Of a DNA stretch of 64,000 nucleotides, positions 46,382-55,424 are shown piece after piece. Positions within the stretch are counted from its first letter, which is position 1, and each line of letters starts with the position of its first letter. The stretch lies in the IMG/VR virus record IMGVR_UViG_3300045988_147522; one strand, given 5' to 3'. The notes beneath the pieces were generated by a model. The model searched no databases and was not told the DNA's origin. It saw only the letters and a list, made by a program, of their open reading frames with translations. The translations under genes and the position numbers were made by a program. This DNA comes from a virus.

Positions 46382-47447
46382 CCTTGTCAGAAGGTGCGGT
46401 CTTTAATGCTTCCGCAAATACCGACTCAAAAATAGCTTCATCATCTTCACCAGCGTATTCTGGACGCTCAACCCTATACCTATTCATTTCTTCTTCGTAC
46501 ATATGAGCGTATCTGTTATGTATTTTTAGCATTTTACACAAATGTCCGAGAAAATAAGTTGTAATATACCAAATTAACTGATTCTTGTTTTTACACTCAT
46601 CTATAGGTTTTCGCTCTTCATATTTTTTTATTAATACACCAAAAGTGTTTGTTTCAGCTAAGTCACTTTCTTTTGTCTGGTTAGGTGATATTCCTAACTT
46701 GGTCATAATGTTACCCATGCTTGTCTGTAGCGAATCAATTTTTTCGTTATGTTGATTTGCCTCTGAGATTCTTAAATCTGTAATGCATAACTGTTTGTAT
46801 AACACTTGTTGTTCAACTGTTAAATTGTGATTGTCCTTAGTGAGTTTTTTGTATAGTGACTTAAGATTAGCATAACTATAGGCTGGATAGCCATATCCCC
46901 AAAAGGCTTCGTCTGCGGGAGTTATGCCTAATCTAACTTTTAACTCATCTTCGCTTTCCCCACTACCACCAAAATTTAAAGCACCTGACGGCACAGAATC
47001 TATCACATCGTCCTCTGTAGCACTTCCTTCTTTGACCTTTTTGAACTTTAATTCTTCTTCGTCCAGAGTATCGTCAAAAGTTTTGCCTGAGTATTTTAAT
47101 AAGTTTGCCTTTTCCATATAGGCTCTAAATCTTGGACGAGATGAACTGGTGTCTCCTAACAGAGCGTATATCTCAGGAGACCAGTAAACATCAAAGTGTA
47201 AACACACCCGCCTTAAAGCTTTCTCTTCGCTTCCAAAAACTTCTCGATAGTGATTATATAATTCATCTACGCAATCTTTACATACTGGGAAAAACTTTCC
47301 GTCGCCTTGCCATAATGGAGAAGAACCTCTTGAAAATGCTTTGGCTCTTTGAGACTCTGTAAATTCCTTTTTGCATTTCTTGCAGCGGTATACCGGTTTA
47401 AAGTCAATACTTTTTTTTGGTGGAGCGATTTTACTAACTTTAGGCAA
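46347..47447 (-). CDS. possible terminase small subunit / DNA-binding protein
   Basis: N-terminal zinc ribbon CKKCKK...CKDC; position upstream of terL. Confidence 0.35.
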   Translation of the reverse strand: MPKVSKIAPPKKSIDFKPVYRCKKCKKEFTESQRAKAFSRGSSPLWQGDGKFFPVCKDCVDELYNHYREVFGSEEKALRRVCLHFDVYWSPEIYALLGDTSSSRPRFRAYMEKANLLKYSGKTFDDTLDEEELKFKKVKEGSATEDDVIDSVPSGALNFGGSGESEDELKVRLGITPADEAFWGYGYPAYSYANLKSLYKKLTKDNHNLTVEQQVLYKQLCITDLRISEANQHNEKIDSLQTSMGNIMTKLGISPNQTKESDLAETNTFGVLIKKYEERKPIDECKNKNQLIWYITTYFLGHLCKMLKIHNRYAHMYEEEMNRYRVERPEYAGEDDEAIFESVFAEALKTAPSDKDGGDADDINTD

Positions 47448-47451
47448 AGAA

Positions 47452-47736
47452 TCACTCCTTATCGTGATTTAATTGTGTGTTTAAAGACAAGGACGCTGTA
47501 AATTTTGCACATCTTGATGCTTCGATGTTGATAATTTCGTGCGTGATAGGATTTGTCCCTCTTCGAGCCTTGCCCTCATTAACATAAAAAGTACCAAATT
47601 TGTGTATCTGTACGGGTTGACCAGTACATAACATTTCTGCAACGCAATCAAAAACATCTTTGATTACTTCTTTTGCGTCCTTTTTTGTGTAGCCTTTATC
47701 GGCTAACATACTAATTAGTTCTGTTGTTTGTGCCAT
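47452..47736 (-). CDS. HU/IHF-family DNA-binding protein
   Basis: Sequence FGTFYVNEGKARRGTNPITHEIINIEASRCAKF matches the HU beta-arm pattern. Confidence 0.8.
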   Translation of the reverse strand: MAQTTELISMLADKGYTKKDAKEVIKDVFDCVAEMLCTGQPVQIHKFGTFYVNEGKARRGTNPITHEIINIEASRCAKFTASLSLNTQLNHDKE

Positions 47737-47763
47737 TATTTCTCCGTTTCTTCCGTGTGCAGT

Positions 47764-48771
47764 TTAAATGTTGCACTTGTCTTTATTCGCTTGTAATTTA
47801 CTCTTATCTTCTTTGATATAAAACCTACGAGTAACATCCGTGCTTTTGTGATTAAGCAACACTGATACCTCTTCAAGCGACATACCAGCATTTTTATATG
47901 CTGTTGCTCCGCTATGTCTAAAATCATGAGGATGTAATGTTGGAACTCCAATCATTTGACCAATCTTTTTACAATAGTCGCTTAGTGTTGATACTGTCGC
48001 AGGAGTGCAAGAACCACTCTTTCTATGAGCTGATACAAAAACATAGCCACCATCTTCAATATTGTTCTCTGTTCTGTATTGTTTTAGATTTAGCAAATAT
48101 TCTTTAGCTTCTTCGCTAAAGAACAATTCAACAAGATATCCTTCTTTTTCAAGAACATCTTTAGCCACACGACTATCAAAATCAAGCTGTTCCCATCTGA
48201 TGTTTGCAATGGCATTTATTCTTGCCATTGTGGTCAGCGAAAAGATAGCATATGCTTGCATTGTAAGTGCTTCGTAATACTGCGTGGGCTTAGTTTTTCT
48301 TTGCTCCTTAGCCTTTTCAACATTCTCTTGTAGCTTTTCTCTCATAAACTGAATTTGCTGTGTAGTAAGAAATGTTTGTGCAACAACCGCCTGACCTTCT
48401 TTTGGTCTATCTATAAAACTCATTGGGTTCTCGTCAATCAATCTCTTTTTCTTTAAAAATAAAAAGAATGCCGATATACTTGACATTCTTCTCTTAATAC
48501 GATTTGTATTATTGCCCTGATCTTTGCAATAAACGATAAACTCAGAAATATCTGAATCATCAATCTCTTTAACTGATTTATTGTCTTGATAATCGTATAT
48601 ATAAATCCACCAGTTAGCTAAATCGTTATAATAATTATAAATTGTCTTTTCCGAAAGTTCTCTGATTTTCATATCTAATAAATATTTATGATATAGTTTG
48701 AGTGTTTCGGGATTGATTTTTTTTAGCTTCTCTTGATTTAACATACATATTCGTTCACTTCGCTTCGGCAT
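47764..48771 (-). CDS. tyrosine recombinase (XerC/D-like, with core-binding domain)
   Basis: HDFRHSGATAY (HxxR) and LNHKSTDVTRRFYIK (His/Tyr), with an N-terminal SAM-like domain. Confidence 0.85.
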   Translation of the reverse strand: MPKRSERICMLNQEKLKKINPETLKLYHKYLLDMKIRELSEKTIYNYYNDLANWWIYIYDYQDNKSVKEIDDSDISEFIVYCKDQGNNTNRIKRRMSSISAFFLFLKKKRLIDENPMSFIDRPKEGQAVVAQTFLTTQQIQFMREKLQENVEKAKEQRKTKPTQYYEALTMQAYAIFSLTTMARINAIANIRWEQLDFDSRVAKDVLEKEGYLVELFFSEEAKEYLLNLKQYRTENNIEDGGYVFVSAHRKSGSCTPATVSTLSDYCKKIGQMIGVPTLHPHDFRHSGATAYKNAGMSLEEVSVLLNHKSTDVTRRFYIKEDKSKLQANKDKCNI

Positions 48772-48781
48772 ATTTCACCAC

Positions 48782-49108
48782 CTACTCAAAAATAATATTC
48801 ACTGCGTCTCCTTCTATGTATTTAACATATTGACAAAAGAAACGAAGAGATCTACGTATTGCCGAAAGTCTTTGATAAGACACTCCTCGTTCGTGTCTCA
48901 TATATTTAATAAAGTTATTGATGTCTTCACTTGTACACTTCGTAAAAGACTTATTTTTGTTAAAATGCCATAGCCACTTAAGAAACATCCGTGTGTCGTC
49001 AACATAATGCTTTACAGTGGCAGGAGAGTACGGTTCATAACTCAAATATGTTTCAAAGTTATCCATTAGTTCTTGGTTATATGCACACATTTTTTCTTTA
49101 TTAAACAT
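48782..49108 (-). CDS. stand-alone integrase core-binding (SAM-like) domain protein
   Basis: 108 aa. Sequence YSPATVKHYVDDTRMFLKWL...INNFIKYMRHERGVSYQRLSAIRRSLRFF resembles the N-terminal domain of tyrosine recombinases. There is no catalytic domain. Confidence 0.5.
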   Translation of the reverse strand: MFNKEKMCAYNQELMDNFETYLSYEPYSPATVKHYVDDTRMFLKWLWHFNKNKSFTKCTSEDINNFIKYMRHERGVSYQRLSAIRRSLRFFCQYVKYIEGDAVNIIFE

Positions 49109-49120
49109 ATAACCACATCC

Positions 49121-50230
49121 TTAATTTAGAGACATAAGTTTGGTTTTCTCACGAATAGCGTGACCGTGCTCATCGAAACACATATATACAAATCCTTCTT
49201 TCTGAGAATTAACCAATCTTCCTTCGCTATATTTCATTTTTCTTGTTTCACAACAAGCACCCTGTTCATAGATTGCAGAATTTCCGATGACATAATACCC
49301 TTGACGATGAGTATGAGCCATAACAATATTTCTAAAATCAAATCCCTCGTTGCGAAAATAATACAAAGCTTTTTCTGCGGTTTTAAGCATTACCGAAGAG
49401 TATGCTCGTGGATGGCAAAATATTGTATCGCCAAACTGAGAGTACCATTTGCCTGTAAATTCAATTTCAATGTTACTATCTTTGAACACATGCGTCAGGG
49501 GAGAATACTCAGTCTTCGTTCCTATTTCGTTGTCATAATCAATAAATCCGTCTGTGAAAATATAATCAAGTACAGATGACGGCATTATGTCACATAATTC
49601 ACTGTTTGTCTTTTTTGCAATATAATCACCTATTCTCAAATCGTGATTGCCGTTGTTTGCAATTACCTTTTTGGGATTCAGCAAATGAATCAGGTCAATT
49701 AAATATTGTCTTGCTCTGATAAGTTCTTTGGTTATACTTACATATTTCGACTTATTCGTAAATTTTGATAACTGGGCGCAATCTACAAGGTCTCCGTTTA
49801 ATTGCAATATATCTACACGACCTATGTATTTCTCAAATGTGCTAAGAGGCTTACAATAAGGAAAATGCAAATCCGATACTGAAAGAACTCTCGTGCTTAC
49901 ATTATCTTGATTTTTATAATTATAATAGTCATACACACCTGACGCATATTTTCTAAAGTGGTCAGATGATACGCTCTCACCAAGCAGGTTTACAATTTGA
50001 GACCATTTCAAAGGAAATTTTGTGCCATTTAGCTCTCCGTTCTTTTTAGCTACTATTAGCCTGATTTTCCATTCCTCGTGGGTTTCGTCTGGTCGCTGTA
50101 AACACCAATTGTCTATATATTTATTTGTGTTAGCTTTCTGCATAGTAAGACGCTCAACCCTTTCGTCTCTGCTTAGAGGCACGATTTTTTGCTTTAAGTA
50201 TTTTAGCTGCCTCAATATTTGTGTCTGCAA
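49121..50230 (-). CDS. calcineurin-like metallophosphoesterase
   Basis: Motifs VSDLHFP, NGDLVD, NGNHD and MAHTH. The start is uncertain (TTG at 50230 or the ATG at 50143). Confidence 0.7.
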   Translation of the reverse strand: MQTQILRQLKYLKQKIVPLSRDERVERLTMQKANTNKYIDNWCLQRPDETHEEWKIRLIVAKKNGELNGTKFPLKWSQIVNLLGESVSSDHFRKYASGVYDYYNYKNQDNVSTRVLSVSDLHFPYCKPLSTFEKYIGRVDILQLNGDLVDCAQLSKFTNKSKYVSITKELIRARQYLIDLIHLLNPKKVIANNGNHDLRIGDYIAKKTNSELCDIMPSSVLDYIFTDGFIDYDNEIGTKTEYSPLTHVFKDSNIEIEFTGKWYSQFGDTIFCHPRAYSSVMLKTAEKALYYFRNEGFDFRNIVMAHTHRQGYYVIGNSAIYEQGACCETRKMKYSEGRLVNSQKEGFVYMCFDEHGHAIREKTKLMSLN

Positions 50231-50399
50231 TCAAACAGAGATATTCGGTCACTTCTGGTAAATATCTTCTGTGTCTTTTTGCAGGCTTTCCTCGTCCTGT
50301 CTGGGGAATCCATACATCAGGAAACTCTGAGCGTATAATCTGACTCTCTTTTTTTGTGATTGTAATAATTGTAAAAACTCCTTAAATTCAATTTATCAC

Positions 50400-50428
50400 T
50401 TGACTTGCAATGCAAGAAATGATAGTAT
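50400..50428 (+). promoter_or_regulatory. promoter-like element with an embedded palindrome
   Basis: TTGACT, a 17-nt spacer, then TAGTAT. The spacer contains CTTGCAATGCAAG (50404-50416). Confidence 0.35.
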
Positions 50429-50550
50429 ATTATGGGGTATTGTGTTTAGTCCCCCTATACAGCCTAACTCGCAAGACAAAAAACCGCATAAAATTCGAGG
50501 TTTTTGGGTGTCAGAATGGTAAAAAAAGGCGGGAAGTACCCCAAAATTGC

Positions 50551-50583
50551 AAAAAATCACCCCGATTATGACTATAATCGGGG
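50551..50583 (-). terminator. rho-independent terminator after the 926-aa gene
   Basis: CCCCGATTAT-gact-ATAATCGGGG followed by (T)GATTTTTTG on the minus strand. Confidence 0.55.
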
Positions 50584-50590
50584 CAAAATT

Positions 50591-53371
50591 TTATGCTTTT
50601 TTAAATCTAACCCCAAAAAATTCTATATCTCCTTGTTCACACATTTTTAATTTTTGTACTGGGGTTTTGCTTTTACGCAGAAGATATAAGAAATCTTTAG
50701 GTAGGGAATAGAATAATATTTTAATCAATAGGCGGTATATGTCTTTGTTTGTTGGTTTCTCGGCTTCGCGTAGCAAATAACTCATTGTGCTTAAGCCAAT
50801 TCTCTTATAAGACACATATGTCAATAAGTCTTGATAAATTTGTTCTGCCTGCTCATGCTTTTCTATATTCGAGGATTCTTCTTTTAACCATACAGCGTTT
50901 ATTTCACTTTGTTTCTTTCTTACAGTGTAAATAAACTCATCAGCTTGCTCTTTGTTGATATGTGAAGAGTGAGGCTTGAAATCAATAAAAGAAGTCAAAG
51001 GCAACATAGGGTGTTTATCATTACCAACTATACGCTTACGCACTGATTTTTCAAGATAGTCCATAGAGGTATCATAACAACGGTAAGTCTTATTTTGAGA
51101 AGTACAATGTTTATGTCTTTTATGATTGGCTTTTTGTTTGCTCACTTCTAACATAAATTCTGGCAGTGCCTTGCTTCCGTGTTCGTCTTTGAGGTACTTT
51201 GTGGTTAGTCGTTCAAGCTCTTTTGTCATTTGTACATCAAACTCTTTTTTAGCCTTATCTATTTCAATATTAGACATTACAGACAACTGACAGATATCGG
51301 TATATATGGGTTGTACACTTTCAAACGATGCACCGTTATTAATATTATCCCACATAATACTTGTAAGCACTTGTGCAAGGTTAATAATTTCTCCAATCTT
51401 ATTTTCACTTGTTTTAATATCCAAGTCTGTTAAGTCATTAACGGTGTAATGCCTCTTGATTTTTTTAGCTTCCACCATATTCGTTGGAACAAGCCATTTA
51501 TCATAATTTTGAATTGCTGCCTTTAATAGAATGGGATTGTCTGTGATTAATACACTATCTGAGTCAAAGTCGCAGCCATTAAGCCGTTGCAAAACATTTT
51601 CTCCTATGCTGTTAATACACAATATCTCTTTAGTGAAGTTGAAGTATGTATCTATTTCCGGACATTCTTTGTTATAAGCAACCCATACATTGCCTGTACA
51701 ACAATGAGGACTTCTTGAGCCTAATAATTTTTGATTATAGGCAAATCTTTTTGAATGTATATTACCTATACCCAAGTGAGATGTACCGTCAAATTTACCA
51801 ATTGATTGTAGGAGCATCTCATAAGGATTTCCTACAAGCGTTGAGTAATTACCAGCTACGGAAACATGACCTCTCTTCATATTGTTCTTATAAGACCTAA
51901 TAGTTTCTCTTACTGTGTCATAATATAATTTAGTGTCACAAAACTTGTCATTAATGCCAAGCAAAGTGTACACCAAATCGTTTTTAGAGGCTATGGCTTC
52001 GCCTGCGAGCGTGTTGTTTGCCTGAGCCTTAATGTGATACCTCAAAACAGTTTCGTCCGTTTTAAGGGCTTTTAGATAGTCTTTTGAAGGTTTCAAAAAC
52101 TCTTCCATATCTTCTTGTGATAACTGTAAGGTATTTAAAAGCTGATAATGGGTTTGAACTAATTTACCGTCCATAATGTGAGTCGGCTTTTCGTACTTAA
52201 CTATGCCAAACTCTATGTCGAGATTGTCAAGCCATGCGTCAAATGTTCCAAACTTCAAATATTTAATACTGCTTGGAGTAGTTATGAGCTTTACATCCTG
52301 TATACATTTGGCTCGTGTATATCCATTAAGCTGTGACACATCAGTAATACCGTTGTCGGCAAACCATTGTTGAAGGTTGGTATTAAAGCAAGCTGACTTA
52401 AAAAATCTATTACGCAATAATAAAAACCCTTTATGCTGGTATTCTCCAAAAAGACTAACATCCATAAGAGACTGTCCGTCCCAAATGCTGTTACATATCT
52501 GCACTTCTTCCGGTTGCGTTTTTAACATACCCTCATCTATACGGGTAGTCATTACTCTATCTGTAAACACATCTTCATAATCGTCTACAAGTAAAATATT
52601 TTCGGGCTGAATATACAGGCTTGCAATAGTGCTACTCAAAGGTAGCGCTGTATAGGACTCAAATGCGGGCAAATCTATTTCTTGCCCCTGTTTGATAGTT
52701 AAACCACACTTAGACCAATTAAAAATTCCTCTATATAAATTCTCATCAATGAATAAACATTTTCCTAAGCGGGAACTGCCATTGCTTCTTTTGTATCTTA
52801 CATATTTTACTCCATCACACACAAAACCGTTTGCATACAAGTCGGCTCGTAAATCACCAACCGAGTGTAACACCTTTATGTTGTTCTTAGCCTTATACAT
52901 GCCATCATCGTAATAAAAGTATTTGCCAAGTACATCTTTATGTATAGGAAACTCTGTAGGAGTGTCTGTCTGAATAGCAAGCAGTTCACCGTCCTTAACA
53001 CAGACACAATCTTGTAAGGTTAATTCATCTAAACGATAGCCGAATTTCACATAAATGTTAGCGGTTATTCTATTGTATTCTTTGTTACTGTAATTGAAAG
53101 TAATATTAATAACTTTCTGAGTGTATTCTTTTCCGTTGACCGTACAAGAAAAGCGATTATTTCGGAACACCTTCTTATATACCTCAATGATTTTCGGAAG
53201 TTCTTTGCTATGAGGAAGTGTGTTAATAAATTTTCGGTAGTTAATATCTCCGTTGCGATAACGGATGTTATAACCTACACTATCGGGTTTATTATAATGG
53301 TTTGCGATAAATACATCTTTAGCATCCAAAGAGAGGATGTTTACTCCGTGTATATAATCACTCAACAACAC
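50591..53371 (-). CDS. candidate single-subunit two-barrel RNA polymerase (cellular RdRP / YonO-like)
   Basis: LLGSRSPHCCTGNVWV (compare plant/fungal RdRP K/RNPCLHPGD) is followed 47 residues later by NGCDFDSDSVLITDN (compare SGGDLDGD). The DFDSD codons are at 51557-51571. Confidence 0.55.
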   Translation of the reverse strand: MLLSDYIHGVNILSLDAKDVFIANHYNKPDSVGYNIRYRNGDINYRKFINTLPHSKELPKIIEVYKKVFRNNRFSCTVNGKEYTQKVINITFNYSNKEYNRITANIYVKFGYRLDELTLQDCVCVKDGELLAIQTDTPTEFPIHKDVLGKYFYYDDGMYKAKNNIKVLHSVGDLRADLYANGFVCDGVKYVRYKRSNGSSRLGKCLFIDENLYRGIFNWSKCGLTIKQGQEIDLPAFESYTALPLSSTIASLYIQPENILLVDDYEDVFTDRVMTTRIDEGMLKTQPEEVQICNSIWDGQSLMDVSLFGEYQHKGFLLLRNRFFKSACFNTNLQQWFADNGITDVSQLNGYTRAKCIQDVKLITTPSSIKYLKFGTFDAWLDNLDIEFGIVKYEKPTHIMDGKLVQTHYQLLNTLQLSQEDMEEFLKPSKDYLKALKTDETVLRYHIKAQANNTLAGEAIASKNDLVYTLLGINDKFCDTKLYYDTVRETIRSYKNNMKRGHVSVAGNYSTLVGNPYEMLLQSIGKFDGTSHLGIGNIHSKRFAYNQKLLGSRSPHCCTGNVWVAYNKECPEIDTYFNFTKEILCINSIGENVLQRLNGCDFDSDSVLITDNPILLKAAIQNYDKWLVPTNMVEAKKIKRHYTVNDLTDLDIKTSENKIGEIINLAQVLTSIMWDNINNGASFESVQPIYTDICQLSVMSNIEIDKAKKEFDVQMTKELERLTTKYLKDEHGSKALPEFMLEVSKQKANHKRHKHCTSQNKTYRCYDTSMDYLEKSVRKRIVGNDKHPMLPLTSFIDFKPHSSHINKEQADEFIYTVRKKQSEINAVWLKEESSNIEKHEQAEQIYQDLLTYVSYKRIGLSTMSYLLREAEKPTNKDIYRLLIKILFYSLPKDFLYLLRKSKTPVQKLKMCEQGDIEFFGVRFKKA

Positions 53372-53624
53372 TCACCTCGCTCTCATACATAAGCGAATAT
53401 GTGTTGTCTTCATCGTTTAGTTCGTGCACAACCTCTGCATAAGCCATAACACGCTCATTCATGTCCTCTGTGACCTCCTGAGCGATTATTTCTTCGACAG
53501 AGTAATTTGTACAAGGTAAACTATTCGTGCCACACAGGTCAAACCAGAGGCATTTACGACAATCCTTCACCTCCTCTGCTGTAAAATTCTCTGTTGCTGT
53601 GTAGTTAAATGTATATTTGTTCAA
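53358..53624 (-). CDS. hypothetical acidic protein
   Basis: 88 aa; its end overlaps the start of the next gene. Confidence 0.5.
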   Translation of the reverse strand: MNKYTFNYTATENFTAEEVKDCRKCLWFDLCGTNSLPCTNYSVEEIIAQEVTEDMNERVMAYAEVVHELNDEDNTYSLMYESEVSVVE

Positions 53625-53638
53625 TGGGTTGGACTCCT

Positions 53639-54820
53639 TTATTTATTATTATTTATCCAACCGACCAGTAAATTTCTCATCCTTGAGGATGGGATATAGA
53701 TGTTAATTTCTTTGTTATCTCTGATTGCGCTTCTCCAGATAAACTGAAGCATTTCACTGAGAGCAAAACCGTCTTCATCGACCGTAACGCCATTGTTCTC
53801 AAAAAATCTTATAAAAACAGGGGAGATGTACCTATTGACCGGATAGGCAATCGCTGTCCTGCTTTTAAACTTATTAGATGCTCGTAAGTTACAAGCTATA
53901 AATCCTTTTGTGTATCCTTTACCTTGCACTTTAGATTTATACTCTTTAAATGTTGTCCACATACACTCATTAGATTTTGCGTTCAATATGTTTCTAAAAA
54001 AATTATATATATTTTTTTTAAGTGTAGGGATTTCCTTGTCGTGTGTCTGATACCAGTGTTTGCTAAGTGCTGTTGGAGGTTTACCAATTTCATTCATTTT
54101 GTCATTATCGCATATATGTATAAGTTTAGTGATATCCGAAATGTCATGCTTGACTTCGTAATCTACGAATGTAAAGTTTTCGTAATTGTCCCCCTGTATC
54201 CACCAATATTTGGGCTGAATCTCAAACATCTGAAAGTAGTAAGCAGTAAAAGACGCCTCGTACAAATAAGTAAGGATAAATACTTTGGAAAAGGCTTTAA
54301 AGTTTTCAATCGGTAGTAGTTGAACGAAGTCATTGTTTGCACAGTACAAGTTGTGACAATTACACATCGTTTCTATGTTTTTCATATAAGTTGTTCCTTT
54401 GACCGAGTTCCAAGTGGCACATCCTTTATTATCAAACTCACAAAGTGATGCAATAAACTCTCGATCACTTGATGACAAAACAAGTTGAGATATCGTTTCT
54501 ATTGTTTCATCGAGTATCAGTGTGTAATTGTTGTCTTTTATTAGTTTGCGTGTTTCACTATCTATATTTGAGAAAAGTGAGTGGGTAGTCGCTACATTCT
54601 TTTTGTTTGTAACAAGCTCTTTGAATTGTTGCCTTTTTGATGGACTCTTTTGAGGCTCTATAAACTCTTTGTTAGTACAGGCTGTTATCACTCTATCAAC
54701 TTCTGACAAATACGGAGTACAAAAAATGAAGTGTTCATCTTCAGGTGCGTTATTAATGTAATTAATTGCAGCGGAAGTTTTACCTTGTCCCATTAAAGCG
54801 TTTACAACATTCAGTTCCAC
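53639..54820 (-). CDS. P-loop NTPase, helicase-like
   Basis: Walker A GQGKTS, Walker B LILDE, and a possible motif VI QFIWRSAIRD. GTG start after AAGGAGG. Confidence 0.6.
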   Translation of the reverse strand: MELNVVNALMGQGKTSAAINYINNAPEDEHFIFCTPYLSEVDRVITACTNKEFIEPQKSPSKRQQFKELVTNKKNVATTHSLFSNIDSETRKLIKDNNYTLILDETIETISQLVLSSSDREFIASLCEFDNKGCATWNSVKGTTYMKNIETMCNCHNLYCANNDFVQLLPIENFKAFSKVFILTYLYEASFTAYYFQMFEIQPKYWWIQGDNYENFTFVDYEVKHDISDITKLIHICDNDKMNEIGKPPTALSKHWYQTHDKEIPTLKKNIYNFFRNILNAKSNECMWTTFKEYKSKVQGKGYTKGFIACNLRASNKFKSRTAIAYPVNRYISPVFIRFFENNGVTVDEDGFALSEMLQFIWRSAIRDNKEINIYIPSSRMRNLLVGWINNNK

Positions 54821-55193
54821 TTGCAGACCTCCTTTATATGATGTGTATTTCGTTGGTTGTTGTTCGTAACAGAATCTCTCCTTTACAAGTAAATGTTTGT
54901 GTTGATGTGTGAATTGCCTCTACATCAAAATCACCCCTTTCAAGACTTATAAAATGGTGTTCATTTTTGTCACAAAAACCCCAAAACCCCAATGCCAATG
55001 TGGGTTTTCGCCACTTTGGGCAAAAAGGATTAATTACACTCTTTTCACAATTACTCTATTCTCTTTCTATATATTCTTTTTTCTAAAGAGAGAGGCTTTG
55101 AAAAAGCCGATGAACACTATGTTTTATTTTAAAAAAGCACTTTTGGTTTTTAACTATTCGTAATTCCAAAAAGAGCTCCATACCACAGGGTAG

Positions 55194-55246
55194 AATACAT
55201 TTGTCCCAAAAGTTTTGCAGATTAAGCCTTTACAGACAAATGTATT
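55194..55246. repeat. 12-bp perfect inverted repeat with a 29-nt spacer
   Basis: AATACATTTGTC (55194-55205) pairs with GACAAATGTATT (55235-55246), inside a 600-nt ORF-free gap. Confidence 0.5.
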
Positions 55247-55424
55247 GGTCGCTTAATTCTCTCGAACAGCAAGCTTATTCTGAGATTGCCAATCGTTCAT
55301 TAAGCTCCTTTACTCTAAATTTTACCTTAGAATCCGTAGATAGTAGTTGCAAGAGAATGTGTCTATGTTCAATAAATTCATTTCCCAACAAGGGAAAAGA
55401 AAAACTAACACAGTAGTTGCTCCT

